Positions 1-11,265 of a stretch of DNA of 46,584 nt are shown piece after piece. Origin of the DNA: Hyphochytrium catenoides (taxonomy: Eukaryota; Protista; Hyphochytriomycota); contig FLMG01000245.1 of NCBI GenBank assembly GCA_900088475.1, positions 1-46,584 of the forward strand, written 5' to 3'. Position 1 is the stretch's first letter. Each line of letters begins with the position of its first letter. Made by a program: the position numbers and the translations under genes. Under the pieces are notes generated by a model. The model did no database searches. It worked only from the letters and a program-made list of their open reading frames with translations, and was not told where the DNA came from.

Positions 1-466
1 GAAATCGAGTTCTTATGTATCTGTACCTGCTCACGAGGGTCAACTCGAATGCAAAATGCTAGCAATTGTAGCTCTTATATCTTGTATTAGGGTCGGCTCT
101 AAGGGATATCGAAGCGAAACTTCCCGTCTGTAACGGATGGTAACCTCCAGAATAAATCCCAAATAATAGCGGAATTGGGGAGCGCATATTAGGATTATGA
201 CACTATAGATTCTGGACGTTTGTCCTGGTGGTTTTTCTACTCTGTAACGAGGGTTCAGCACACACGCTCCCGGCTGGGGCACAGGGCAGACGGGAGGAGG
301 GCAAGGTGTAGGTTTACAGCTTGCCGCCAAGCGCTGCTCGTCGTGACGCTCCGCGCGGCAAGCCAAGCCAAGGTAATTTGAGCTGTCAGACGTCGTTTGG
401 CATTGAGAAGGCTCCATCTCCGCTTGCCAAGGCTCCATCTCCGCTCGAGCACGAAGGCAGAGAAAG

Positions 467-1876
467 ATGAGCGATCCTAGCGTGAGTGCTGTTCCAGACG
501 AGCCTTTAAGTTTGGAGGAGGCCAAGCAAAAGAGGCGTCGGCGTATTATTATAGGATGTATCGTGGCTGCTACCTGTATGCTTGCTATCATTATTGGTGT
601 GTCGGTTGGTTCGAGTATGCGAGACCGTGACCCCACCGGAAACTCATTCCAGAATGGTGCTCCAGATCTTCAGCAAGGAGCGTCCACTAGCGTCTCTAGT
701 GGTTACAATAATGGCAATGGAGGCGGAGAGTTGAGTGGAGCGACTGCATCGGGAGGAGGTGAGGGCAATGCTAATGCTAATGGCGCCTTCACAGTCGAGG
801 GTCAGCCCGGGACTGGAGGCATAGGACAGGCACAAATACAAGCTCCTACGCCGGAGCCAACGCCCATGCCTACCCCTGCCCCAACACCTGAGCCCACTCC
901 TGCTCCAACCCCCGCGCCAACCCCAGCACCAACCCCTGCTCCTACTCCCGCGCCAACCCCAGCCCCGACTCCTGCACCCACTCCGGCCCCAACACCTGCA
1001 CCTACGCCAGCAGTGCCGTTGCAATGCGTTAGCTATTCACCTTTCCATAGCTCATACTACCCACAGAATATCCATGCTGCTGTCGCCAACGACCTAGCGC
1101 AGATCAAGACCTATTTCCCATGCGTGAAGACGTACTACTCACAATGGTTTGGAAACGATGTGGCCTCAATGATCAAGACCGCTGGCCTAAAAGTGTACCT
1201 AGGGATTTTCATGGGACAAGGACTGGATGAGACCGAGATCACTTATGCCATCAATGCGGCCAAGGCACTACCTGAGACAGTATTAGGTATCGTCATTGGC
1301 AACGAGAACATTGATGAGCACACCGCAGGAACTGTGCCGGGAACTATTGCAGCTATCTACTACAGGCTGAAGGCAGCTGGGGTGACACAACCGATTGGGA
1401 CTTCTCAGACCTATCCTTCCTACGTTAATCAGTGGGTTGGCAACCTCCCGGCAACGTTAGACTTTTTGGGGGTTAACCTCTATCCTTTCTTCGGTTGGGA
1501 CTATCACAACAACTGGAGCGACCTTATGACCGCTAACAGGGCCTATAAGAAAACGTTGAACACTATGTACGCGGGTCATTCACACAAGTTTGTTATCACG
1601 GAGACGGGCTGGCCAACGGGAGGCTCTGTACGCTATAACAACCCCCCTTCTATGGCTCTCGCTCAGCAGTACTTCAACCAATTCATGGAGCTAGTTTGCC
1701 AGTATTATTTCAATGACTGGGGTTCATGGATGTCCTATTACATCTTCTACGATGAAAAGGAAGGAGTCAATTGGGGCATCGATAACAATGAGTTCTTTGG
1801 TCTTGCCAATAGGGATGGCTTTTTGAAGTTCCCCTTGGATGTGCTGTCGTGCACCCGGCAAAGACTCAACAATTAG
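467..1876 (+). CDS. Type II membrane-anchored glycoside hydrolase family 17 protein (endo-1,3-beta-glucanase/glucanosyltransferase, Bgl2-like) with Gly-rich and Pro/Thr-rich linker
   Basis: Intronless 469-aa ORF. KRRRR is followed by a hydrophobic helix ([22 protein letters not shown]), then PTPA repeats. The C-terminal domain has GH17 motifs CVSYSPF, IVIGNE (acid/base Glu), GVNLYPFF and ITETGWP (nucleophile Glu). Confidence 0.9.
   Translation: MSDPSVSAVPDEPLSLEEAKQKRRRRIIIGCIVAATCMLAIIIGVSVGSSMRDRDPTGNSFQNGAPDLQQGASTSVSSGYNNGNGGGELSGATASGGGEGNANANGAFTVEGQPGTGGIGQAQIQAPTPEPTPMPTPAPTPEPTPAPTPAPTPAPTPAPTPAPTPAPTPAPTPAPTPAPTPAVPLQCVSYSPFHSSYYPQNIHAAVANDLAQIKTYFPCVKTYYSQWFGNDVASMIKTAGLKVYLGIFMGQGLDETEITYAINAAKALPETVLGIVIGNENIDEHTAGTVPGTIAAIYYRLKAAGVTQPIGTSQTYPSYVNQWVGNLPATLDFLGVNLYPFFGWDYHNNWSDLMTANRAYKKTLNTMYAGHSHKFVITETGWPTGGSVRYNNPPSMALAQQYFNQFMELVCQYYFNDWGSWMSYYIFYDEKEGVNWGIDNNEFFGLANRDGFLKFPLDVLSCTRQRLNN
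845..1012 (+). repeat. 12-bp coding tandem repeat encoding (PTP[A/E/M])n, about 14 units
   Basis: Translation [24 protein letters not shown]...; third codon positions differ between units. Confidence 0.95.
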
Positions 1877-2859
1877 CTGCATGTCGAAGTGAGTCCACTA
1901 CTAAGGTTCGTAAGTAATCTATAAAAGCTCATCGTAACCACTGTTTACCGCAAGTGAACAAGCAGGGAAGGCTTTGAGAGAGAAAGGCTAGTAGGGTGAA
2001 GACAAGCTCTATTCCTTGAGAATAAAAAAGTGGCACTGCCATAACTCCACTGGGGACCTGCACCATTGAATTTGAGACCTAGGGCCATGATTATGGTCAC
2101 ACTAAGGACGCACTCCCGTTAGAAGGGCTTAGCTTACGTTTAAAGCACCTTCAATCCACAGCGTATTCATTGAGAGAGTACCTCTTGTCCCGCTGCATGT
2201 CCCTGGCGGAATCTAGCTAACAAGAATCTCGTCCGTAAAAATCCACAAAATACTCTTTCTCCTCCCAGAGAGAGATGTCGTGAAAATGAGGGATACAAAG
2301 GTGTTCTATAACCATTGTCTACCGCTAATAGCCAGCCCACCTATGGCGACTGCCAAGAATCTTGACGGTCCGGTGCACGCATTGTAAGCACTGCTACCAT
2401 CGAAGGAGATATGGCCAAACCTTTACCACGCAATATCTGATGGCTTCATTCATGGCTCCCTCTATCTACCTTTTTCGGTGTCTTCCTTACTCAAACAGCT
2501 CTTTGTCCTTGCAATCACTGCTCCTACGCCTCCTTCGCCTCCAGCCAAACACTCTTCCTCTATGGCGTGTTACTCCTCCCTGTCCGTCCAGCATTCCTTT
2601 CCTTCAACGGGTGTCGCCTGCTGTCCTTCATGGTCAAGCTCAGCAAATTGGTCTAGGTTCCCATAGCCCATAGTTCACCACACCTTCCAAAGTCTGCACC
2701 AGCTTGCAATCGGTTTTTGCCAATTCCAAGGTCTTCCACTTCATCACCAGCACTTCACATGGCGTCCATATTAGATAATAGATCACAGATACGGTTATCA
2801 GAGGGGTGTAACTCTATTGATTCTCAACTCTCGGAAACTAGTAATATCTCCGTCACCTA

Positions 2860-3552
2860 AACTTTCGTAGTGCTGTAATCATAGAGATGGGCGGAAGTAA
2901 TAATGTCAAGGGACTCCACTTTTCAGTAATCGCAAGAGGTTCGAAAATCTGTTGATAAAGTGGAGAGAGGAGAATGGAGGAGAGCAAGAAGTCAAAGAAA
3001 TCTCTAGATCTGCTTGTAGAAGAGATCAGTAGGATGATGCAAAGGGTGATGGCTCCTTCGCTCCGACTGTCCCCAGGATCGCTCTAACGTGAACCTGCAC
3101 GGAACCTCACTGCCGATCAGAGCACGGTGACCATCGTGTCTACACACTGCCCTCTGTGTCGGTTCCAGTGCCTAGAAGCGTAGCATCTGCTGTGGTGTGC
3201 TCTCGCTGGCGTCCGATATTACTAGTGGGACCCAGGATCATCCACTCGTTACCTCATCCATCACTTTCGCTTCCTGGCTGGGCAAAAACTGTTTCCTGGC
3301 AGAGCGAAAGAGGGCAGCCGAAGGGGAAAATGGCGACCGAAGATCAAGGTTGGTATCGGCCGTCGCTTTCTTTGACTACTGTTCAAATAATGGTGCTTGT
3401 GGCACCAATTTTCGCAGCCGCACCTTGAAGTTCTTGCCTGTTCTATCCGTCCTTTACGGCTGTCGCGCCTTCTTGCCTTTCTTCTTCTCATTTGACTTCC
3501 TCAGCTCCCTCTCAACAGTGCTTTGGCTCAGTAAATCTGAATCTGACGCCAT
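2860..3552 (-). other. Possible small spliced antisense gene or pseudogene overlapping the 5' end of DNAJC7
   Basis: ATG at 3552 gives MASDSDLLSQSTVERELRKSNEKKKGKKARQP. Candidate GT-AG introns 3457-3296 and 3252-3172 remove the in-frame stops. The 3' end is uncertain. Confidence 0.3.
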
Positions 3553-5870
3553 GGACAACTAATTGGTCATTGTAGATGAAACGATGCATAGTGAAGAGCA
3601 GAAGGCACAGGCAGAATCCTTCAAGGACCAAGGTAAGACATAAACACTGCAGGCCATTGTCACTTCTGACTGTATTACCAGGAAATGAGCAGTATAAGCG
3701 AGGAGACTACAGGTCGGCAATCGAGCTTTACTCCAAGGCCATCGAAGCGTGTCCTATCGCGCCATATTATGGCAACAGAGCGGCCGCCTCCATGATGCTT
3801 GGGCACTACGAGGAGGTCGTGCGGGACTGCAACAAAGCCATAGAACTTGATTCAAAGTTTCTGAAGGCTCATCTTCGTAAGGCCAAAGCCCAGCTTTCCC
3901 TTGTAAGTTGCCTCGTCCCAATGGCCTTCCTGTTGCTTATATTCCTTCTCATCTTCCGCGTTAACTGACAGGGAATGTTGGACGAAGCGTTGGACTCGTA
4001 TCGGAACGCCCTCCTGCACGACCCCAAAAATTCTACAGCACTGAATGAAAAACGGATAGTGGAACTCACTGCCGAGAGAGTAAAGCGTGCGAGGACATAC
4101 CTTGAAAAGGCAAGGACGCAATAGGCCTTCCTGTCCTCAAGCTCTCTCGAACCCTGGTCAACAATTGACGGGCTTCACTCTACCTAATACCTAACTTCCC
4201 TCGTTCGACCATTAGGGTAAATATGCTGAAGCGCTCTCCTGCATCAGCTCTGCCTTGGAGGCTGCTCCTGGATCCTTACCTTTTAAGCTTCTAAAGGCTC
4301 GGGCCCTCACCTATTCTGGCAAAGTGGACGAAGCGTACAGTTTACTCACACAGCTCATGAGAGTTGCTCCCAATAACCCTGAGATAATCTTCCTCAGAGC
4401 CAAATGCTTATATTTTCAGGTACGAAAGCCTGCCATGGTCCGGTAAGGTCGTCGATCACCATTATATAGATTTTCCTGGGACAGTCTTCTTGGGTGACCT
4501 CAAGGAGGTGTTGTCGTCAAAAAGGAGAGAGGCCAGAAGCCCACACCGCTAATTGTGCAGCAACGTACTGACCTGGCTCCCTTTGGTTGCCCCCAACGGC
4601 AGGGCGAGTTCCCAAACGCCATCAAGCATCTGCAACAGGCGTTAAGATCGGATCCTGACAATGCGGAATACTCTAAGGAGATCAGGAAGATCAGAGCGTT
4701 AGAAGCGAAGAAGCAAGAGGGCAACGTTGCCTTCAAGTCAGGGTAAGGATTACGTATTGGGACACCAGTTCAAGGCCTGTGTGAACTTGATTGTCGCTTT
4801 AGTGATTGTCCAGGCGCCGTAAAGGCCTATTCCGAATGTCTCGAAATCGATCCAATTAATAGGAGCTTCAACGCTATCTTGCACTGCAATCGGTAAGTCT
4901 GCCTTGGCATCCCCACTCCAGTAATGCATCTTTATTAGTTCCTGCTCCGCTATGTCAGAGCCGCTGCGTACTCTAAGATGCGCCAGTATAAAGAGGCGGT
5001 CGATGACTGCGACGCAGCTGTGAAGCTGGACCCATCCTATGCGAAGGTGAGAAGTGCTCTCTGCTCGAGGATGGTTCCTCACCCTAACTATTTGGCGGCA
5101 AACCCTAGGCATATCTCAGACGAGCGCAATGCTTGCGGGCCCTCGGGGAAGCCGAACATCTGGAGCAGGCTTTGAGAGACTATGAAGAAGCGGCAAAGCT
5201 GGTCGGTCATGACGGCCAGCGAGAGATTAGTGGAAATATCCGAGAGACAAAATTGGAGCTGAAGAAGGCAAAGAGAAAGGACTACTACAAGATTCTAGGT
5301 AAAGACTTCCTTGGTGTGGAATCTGTGTGGACGTTTCTAATCTGCATTTTCTTGGCGCTCCACTCTATTTTTTTACTCTGCCGATGGTGCCTTGTAACTT
5401 CAGGGATCGCTCAGAACGCTGGAGAGGCAGAGATCAAAAAGGCCTATAGGAAGAAAGCTCTGGAGTGGCATCCGGATAGATGGTCTGGGAAGTCAGAGGA
5501 TGAGCAGCGGACAGCAGAGAAGATGTTCAAGGTACGATATTTAGGTGGCGCTTAGCTGTGCGATTCACACATAATGCTGAACTCATATCTCGGTTGGTAG
5601 GATGTCGGAGAGGGTTATGCAGTATTGTCCGATCCAGTGAAGAAGGAGCGATATGATAGTGGAATGGATCTGGAAGAGGTAGAGAATGGCGGAATGGGCG
5701 GTATGGGTGGTATGGACCCATCAGACCTGTTTTCAATGTTTATGGGAATGCAAGGCGGCCATGGCGGAGCGCGTTTTGGTAGAGGACATCCGTTTGGGCG
5801 CAGTTCTAGCTCGGGCTTTGATGGCCCGTTTGGGTTTGATGGGGGAAATGTGCGGTTCGACTTCGGGTGA
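3330..5870 (+). CDS. DNAJC7: DnaJ homolog subfamily C member 7 (TPR repeats plus C-terminal J domain), multi-exon
   Basis: TPR motifs (AESFKDQGNEQYKRGDYRSAIELYSKAIE, YYGNRAAASMMLG, KQEGNVAFKSG), J domain (RKDYYKILG...IKKAYRKKALEWHPD) and a G/F-rich tail. The first exon MATEDQ (3330-3348) splices in phase to the acceptor at 3575. This start is inferred; the alternative is ATG 3584. Confidence 0.93.
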
Positions 5871-7208
5871 AGTGATGACACACACGACTGTTAATAAATT
5901 CAACCAAGCCAAAAGGATATCGCCGGCTGGTCGTCAGGATCCATAGGCGGTTATGCTATTAGGTAGTACACTGCGTCTTTTGGGGTCAGGAAGTGGGGTT
6001 GTTTCCAATATTATACTTGATGAGAATTTGGGGTGAGGACAACCTATTCGAGCGAAGGTTCTCCCAGCAGCGGTGACAGGCCGCCAGGTCCTCACGCTGG
6101 CTCTTTACAGGCAAAGGGTAGCTGCCCTTTTAGAGTAACTGGCAAAAGGGAAGGACTCTTGGGGGCATGTTGAAGCCTTGCCCACGTTCGAAGTCCTTAA
6201 AGTGACCGACTTCAATTGATAGGTGTGACTAATATGCTGCTACGCAGGCCTAAAAAGCAATGGCGTGCTGCGGGCATCACTCGTGCTTAGCGCCACCCTT
6301 TGTGCTTTTATGCGCCCGTCTTGACTTCAGATGTCCTTCTTCCCTTCCTGCGTGCTGGACGAGCTCAGAACTTCCGAAACCTAACGAAACGAGTGATCTA
6401 GCCTATCCTACCTACACCAGCAGCGCCATTCCCCCTCTTGAGAGAAGTCGTCACCCTATCAGCTTCTCACAAAGTTCCCACCGCCCAACCTAAGGCGCAT
6501 TGCAGATTTATTCTGCCCTTGTTGGCTGCCGCTAGAAGATGACAACGAGCATTATCTATTATTCCTAGTCTTTCCTGGCCGACTCTGCTGATCCTTCGTC
6601 TGCTGCTGATCCTTTTGGCGGGAACACTACTACAAAATATGAATTTCTGCGTCACATCGCTTTCTCTAACACCAAGTGTAAGGTGCGACTATCTAAGGAG
6701 AGCCTACAGACAGTAGGGGTAGATGGTATTAGACATATCTAGAACATAAGGTAACCTGTCCCCCCCTATTGCGAAAGTTTAATGGTTTAGCAGTGGAGGA
6801 ATGGAAACCCATCCATATGGAGCCTAAATACGACAAGATTCTGACCGTGTCTTGTCTGCCGAGCTTCATAATGCAGATCTGATTGATTTTGCAGAAGCCA
6901 AAGAGCGCGGATCAAGGCGGCGCGGCGCCTAAGGAAGAGTAGTCAGACCGTCCTTCGCCCTCATCACCTAGCAGAGCGTAGTAGGTAGTAGGTTCGAACA
7001 GTGCAGGTGTGTGCAGGTGTTTGCATATGCTCGGCTGCTTGCCTATGGATTGAGCTCCTGCAGTAGGTGCCATTGACTGAATCTTTCTGAGGTCCCCATT
7101 CGTCTTTGCCCATTCTAGAATGGCGCATTGCAGAATTAGGACCCGGAGGTTCTGAGCGCATCTAAGCTGAAGATTGCCTGAGCCTGCCGTTCTTATTTAG
7201 CGGCAATA

Positions 7209-8486
7209 ATGGACACCCAGGATATTCTGGGTCAAGTGGAGACCCATGTTCGGATGCTTCGAGAGAGAAAGCTCCAAAGCACATCATCTTCGGAGGTAGG
7301 GACTCTCAGATTAAAAAAACGCCCTCAACTTTGGAATGACAGCTACTTCGTGCAGATCTGTTTAATGAGCTATGAAGATGACAGGTCCAGACTGCTCCGA
7401 GATAGGGAGTCTTTGCTTCGAATGTGAGTTCTCAATCTTCCACGGTTGAATCTCCAGAGTTGTTAACGTGTGTGCCTTGTTAGTATTTCCGCCATGCAGA
7501 AAAAGCTAAAGCAGTTGCAGAGGGACTGCGAGCAATACAAGTATGTGGCATCTTCCTATGCGAATTACTTGGACTCGCTTGACAGGGAGCAGCCACGGAG
7601 ATTATCAATGTCCAGCGCAGATGACCCTTCGCGGTCATGGTCTTCCACCAAACCTCCATCTTCCGCGATACCCCTTATCGCTGCGAGCACTGGATCTGCG
7701 CATGAGTCAGCGGCCTCGGTGCCAAAGAATAACGATGTAGTGCCAGATGAGCCGACCCGCAAAGAATACATGTGTACCCACAACAGCGTAGCGGAGACGA
7801 ATGCAGACCACATTCACATTACGACGGAATTCCTACAAGAAGCGGATCTCCCCAGTAAGTCTGCTCCTGCTGCCGCCCCTCCTAAACAGGCGAGAACGCC
7901 GCCCATGTCAGCCGCGGAGTACGGGTTTATCACAGCGAAGAAGAGAAAAGCTCTCGATAGAGACTGGCTCTTGCAGAAGACGGAGGGATCTGATAAGGAA
8001 AATAAAACACCAGGAACAGGTTTAGCGGCTGAAGGGAGGTCAAAGCCTTATAAATCTCCTTTTCTCAGGCCGGGTTTGACTGATGTTACCAATGAGAGCC
8101 GTGAACTAGGTATCTCAAGGGGTACCTCCCGCCAAGCCACCATGAAAGAGCTTTTCAAGCCTTTAGGGGTTGTAAACTCTTCTCCCAACCGAGCTACTTC
8201 GGAGGCCCATGAACGACCTGTGATTCACGAGGATCCTGCTGAGAGAACAAAGTTCATCGGCCCATCTTATCCCCATGTTGAGGTCGTTCGGAAGAGAGCT
8301 GAGAGACAAACAATGAAGGGCTATGAATGCGACGAGTGCAACAAGTACTGGGAGGCTGTGACGGAACAAGGAGGCAAAGTGATGGAGGCTTCGCTAGGTG
8401 GTTGTTCGCGCCACCGGTCTCACTTTGACCCTTACCTTACGCCACCTCACATATGGGAGGTCGGGTTTAAGGACTCTGATCTGTGA
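7209..8486 (+). CDS. RBBP8: DNA endonuclease activator CtIP/SAE2/COM1-like protein (3 exons)
   Basis: C-terminal SAE2/CtIP motif: EVVRKRAERQTMKGYECDECNKYW (CxxC), CSRHR (RHR motif) and TPPHIWEVGF. N-terminal coiled coil. Short GT-AG introns join the 7209 ORF to the 7470 ORF in frame. Confidence 0.88.
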
Positions 8487-9054
8487 AGAGGCATGATCTA
8501 GGACCTTGGACTCTGAGGACGCTTGGGAAAGAATAGATTTAGGCAAATATATCTTACTCCCAGTCAAAGAAGCAGGGATGATCCTCTCATCCTGAAACGC
8601 TATAACCGATTGCAGCCATGAGCAGGTTCCGAATCATGCCTTGTATCTTTGAGTAAGCTGCAGTGTCCGGCGTGGGCTTTGTCTGGCATTAAACATAAGA
8701 AGCATCCACCTATTTATACCACTACACAGCGCTCTTCAACTATAACATCACCACAAGATGTTGGTCGCACTACGTCAATTTATTTGATGAAAAAGAAGTA
8801 GCTGAGTGGTTGTCAAACAAACGTTTAGTACGTTAACTGAAGGACCAAAGACGCAGAGAGTCCATGGCCACTCTAAATATGGACATTTCCCTCCTGAATC
8901 ACTTTCAATTGGAACTTGGGGCTAAGATATGAACGCCTCTAGACAGCGTCTACAGACCGTCGCGTGGACGCCTGGGTCCGCTGAATAGGAGCGCATCAAG
9001 TTCCATGGGTGGAAAGCGGGCCCTGCGTGTGCTCTATGGCCCATTGCTTTCTTC

Positions 9055-9735
9055 TTAGGCTGAGTCAGCTAGTGCCTCACTATCTATCATCTCTTGGATA
9101 TACTCCTCAAAGTGGCCCTTAAATCTCTCACGTAGGTCCTTAAGCTTCCAATCGTCCTTAGTGACGGCCTTCCTGCAGAGTTTTGAACCACAGCGACACT
9201 CTGGGAAGGCATCATAGTATGTTTCGCTCGTGCCATAGTCATAAGTAATCTCTTCATCCGGCTGAATGTCCCTACGAGCTGTCATGGTATAATTCTTTGA
9301 GAACCAAGTACTCGGGTCACAGCTGTGATTCTGAAACCGCGCCGCATCCTTGCCTGCGTCTTCTAATCTTATGCAGCCCGACATTTCGTTAGATGATACT
9401 TGATAGGCGAAGTGCAGGAAGATGTCGCGCTTTTCTTCTGGCCACGTTTGGATATCAGAGATTTTGTGAACCTCGTCCAAACTGGTCTCCCTGCTGTCTC
9501 TCCACACGACCTCTCCTTTTCTAATCAGCTTTGTTGCAAAGAGACCATAGCCCTCAATGGGGCTGCACCGGAGTTCAACGTACTTGTGAAGGCATCGTAA
9601 AGGGCCATCGCCGCCTCGTATCATATCTGGAATAGTCGTCGGCGACTGCTTGTTAATGGTCTTGCTTAGCAACGCCGGAATCACTTCAGCGAATGCATCT
9701 ATAGTCGCTGGTGCTCTGCGTTCAACAGCGTTCAT
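9055..9735 (-). CDS. SET + post-SET domain protein (putative lysine methyltransferase), intronless
   Basis: Motifs SPIEGYGLFA, RFQNHSCDPS, EEITYDY and post-SET CRCGSKLCR. Confidence 0.9.
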   Translation of the reverse strand: MNAVERRAPATIDAFAEVIPALLSKTINKQSPTTIPDMIRGGDGPLRCLHKYVELRCSPIEGYGLFATKLIRKGEVVWRDSRETSLDEVHKISDIQTWPEEKRDIFLHFAYQVSSNEMSGCIRLEDAGKDAARFQNHSCDPSTWFSKNYTMTARRDIQPDEEITYDYGTSETYYDAFPECRCGSKLCRKAVTKDDWKLKDLRERFKGHFEEYIQEMIDSEALADSA

Positions 9736-11265
9736 TCTTCCAGTAGTATACTTTTATCTCCTAGTAGCTCTAAGATCAGACAATTATAATCCGCCGCTGA
9801 AAAGGCAAAGAGATCAGGAGATTCGTGAGGGACACAGGCTCCAATGCCAGATTAGACAGCGCTGTAAATGGTACCTCATAAATACAGCAGCAATAGAAAA
9901 TCACTCTCGTAAAACTGCTGCACTAATTGGGTTCTGAGGGGTTTTCGGTGCTAACTGAATGGTGACTGTGGACCGTCTTGGTCTTGTCTTCCAGAGCGGT
10001 GATAGCTTGCGCGCAGGTTGCTTTTGGCAGAGAGACACAGGGCTTGCGTCGTTGTGTAAGGCTTTGGAAGTAGCGTTTGACGGACTTGGCCTTCTTCGAT
10101 GTGACTGTCCACGATGGAAAGCGATAAGAGACAGTGCTGCCGGCACGCTGGGCTACCTGGCAGGGAAGAGATCCTCAATCTTTCCTCCACCTTGCGCGGG
10201 CCCAGAGGACAGAGGACAGCGGGCAAGGGCGGGAGTGCCGTCGCTTTGAATCTGCGGTGTAGATGACTTTCTGCAGGAACTTCTACATAGCACGTACTAC
10301 TAATACACAAGAATAGGTAAGCGGCTATTATTGAGAGACCAATGATGTATTACTACAGCCATGCTAACGACTCTTGATTTTGAACACGGCTGTACGGCGC
10401 TTCGTAGCTTACACCTACCGTTAGCGGTTCCTAGCGTTCCTCCTTAACATTTTGGACATAGAAGTTCTTCCTTCTGCTCTTCTGCTTCCCTTGCTGACTC
10501 CGTCTAACCATAATGAATCAGAACGCATTTATTACAGAGATATGGCTAGAGGGCACTACTTATCCTGCACATCACACTTGAGCAGTGTGTGAGGTAAGGT
10601 GTGCGGCTTGGTTCATTTTCATGTTGAATGTTAGACTTTCACCAACCAAAGCAAATGTGGCACGGTGACCAGAAATAAGTAGTAAAGAGGTCTCTTCTAC
10701 TGCACACACCTTTAGTCAGGATGCCCAGCAAAAGAAGGATGCCTGATATATAGAGTTAGATTTGGAAGTGAGGAAGCATGTATTCCGAATGGATACAAGT
10801 GCTGTTTTGTTGGTTACAACTTGAAGGAAGAGCCCGCCTTTAGCTCCAATTGATGGTTGAGGTCTGTAGGAGCTAGCTGATGATGGCACAGGTGGTTCAA
10901 GCCTGTTTGCTGATGGCATTGACGAGTCTGATGAGGAGCTTGCTCGACAGATGAGGGAGACATGGTTAGCAATCTCTCTCTCTGTCTCTCAATCTCTTCG
11001 CACTCCCATTCCCTTCTGTACCTTTTCCTTATCTGTCATGGGCTGGAAGCCTCAGATAATGCTTAACGTCTCTCTGGCTCAAACCAATCAACTTAGTGGT
11101 ATCTTGGAGCTTCATGCATGCTCAACTAGTGCTGAAGCAGGGTGCGAGTAAGAGGACTTAACGGGGTTGAAGGAGAGCTGGGGTCGAGAACTAATCCTCC
11201 TTTCTACCAGCAAGGTTTAAGGTAGTGATGACCTGAGTCTGAGAGACCATATTGGACGCCTAGAG

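Noticed and set aside
40-1024. Minus-strand ORFs 40-636 and 644-1024
   Set aside because: These are antisense shadows of the GH17 gene and its repeat, with no protein motifs.
3551-3590. In-frame ATG GAC AAC TAA upstream of DNAJC7, suggesting TAA=Gln reassignment or readthrough
   Set aside because: It is better explained as intron sequence (CTAAT branch point plus TGTAG acceptor). Intact genes in the window terminate with TAA, TAG and TGA.
9650-10310. Overlapping short ORFs upstream of the SET gene
   Set aside because: No motifs and no consistent splice structure; not supportable as genes.
10530-10560. Possible AT-AC (U12) intron after MNQNAFITE
   Set aside because: ATATGG does not match the U12 donor ATATCCTT, and no matching branch site was seen.
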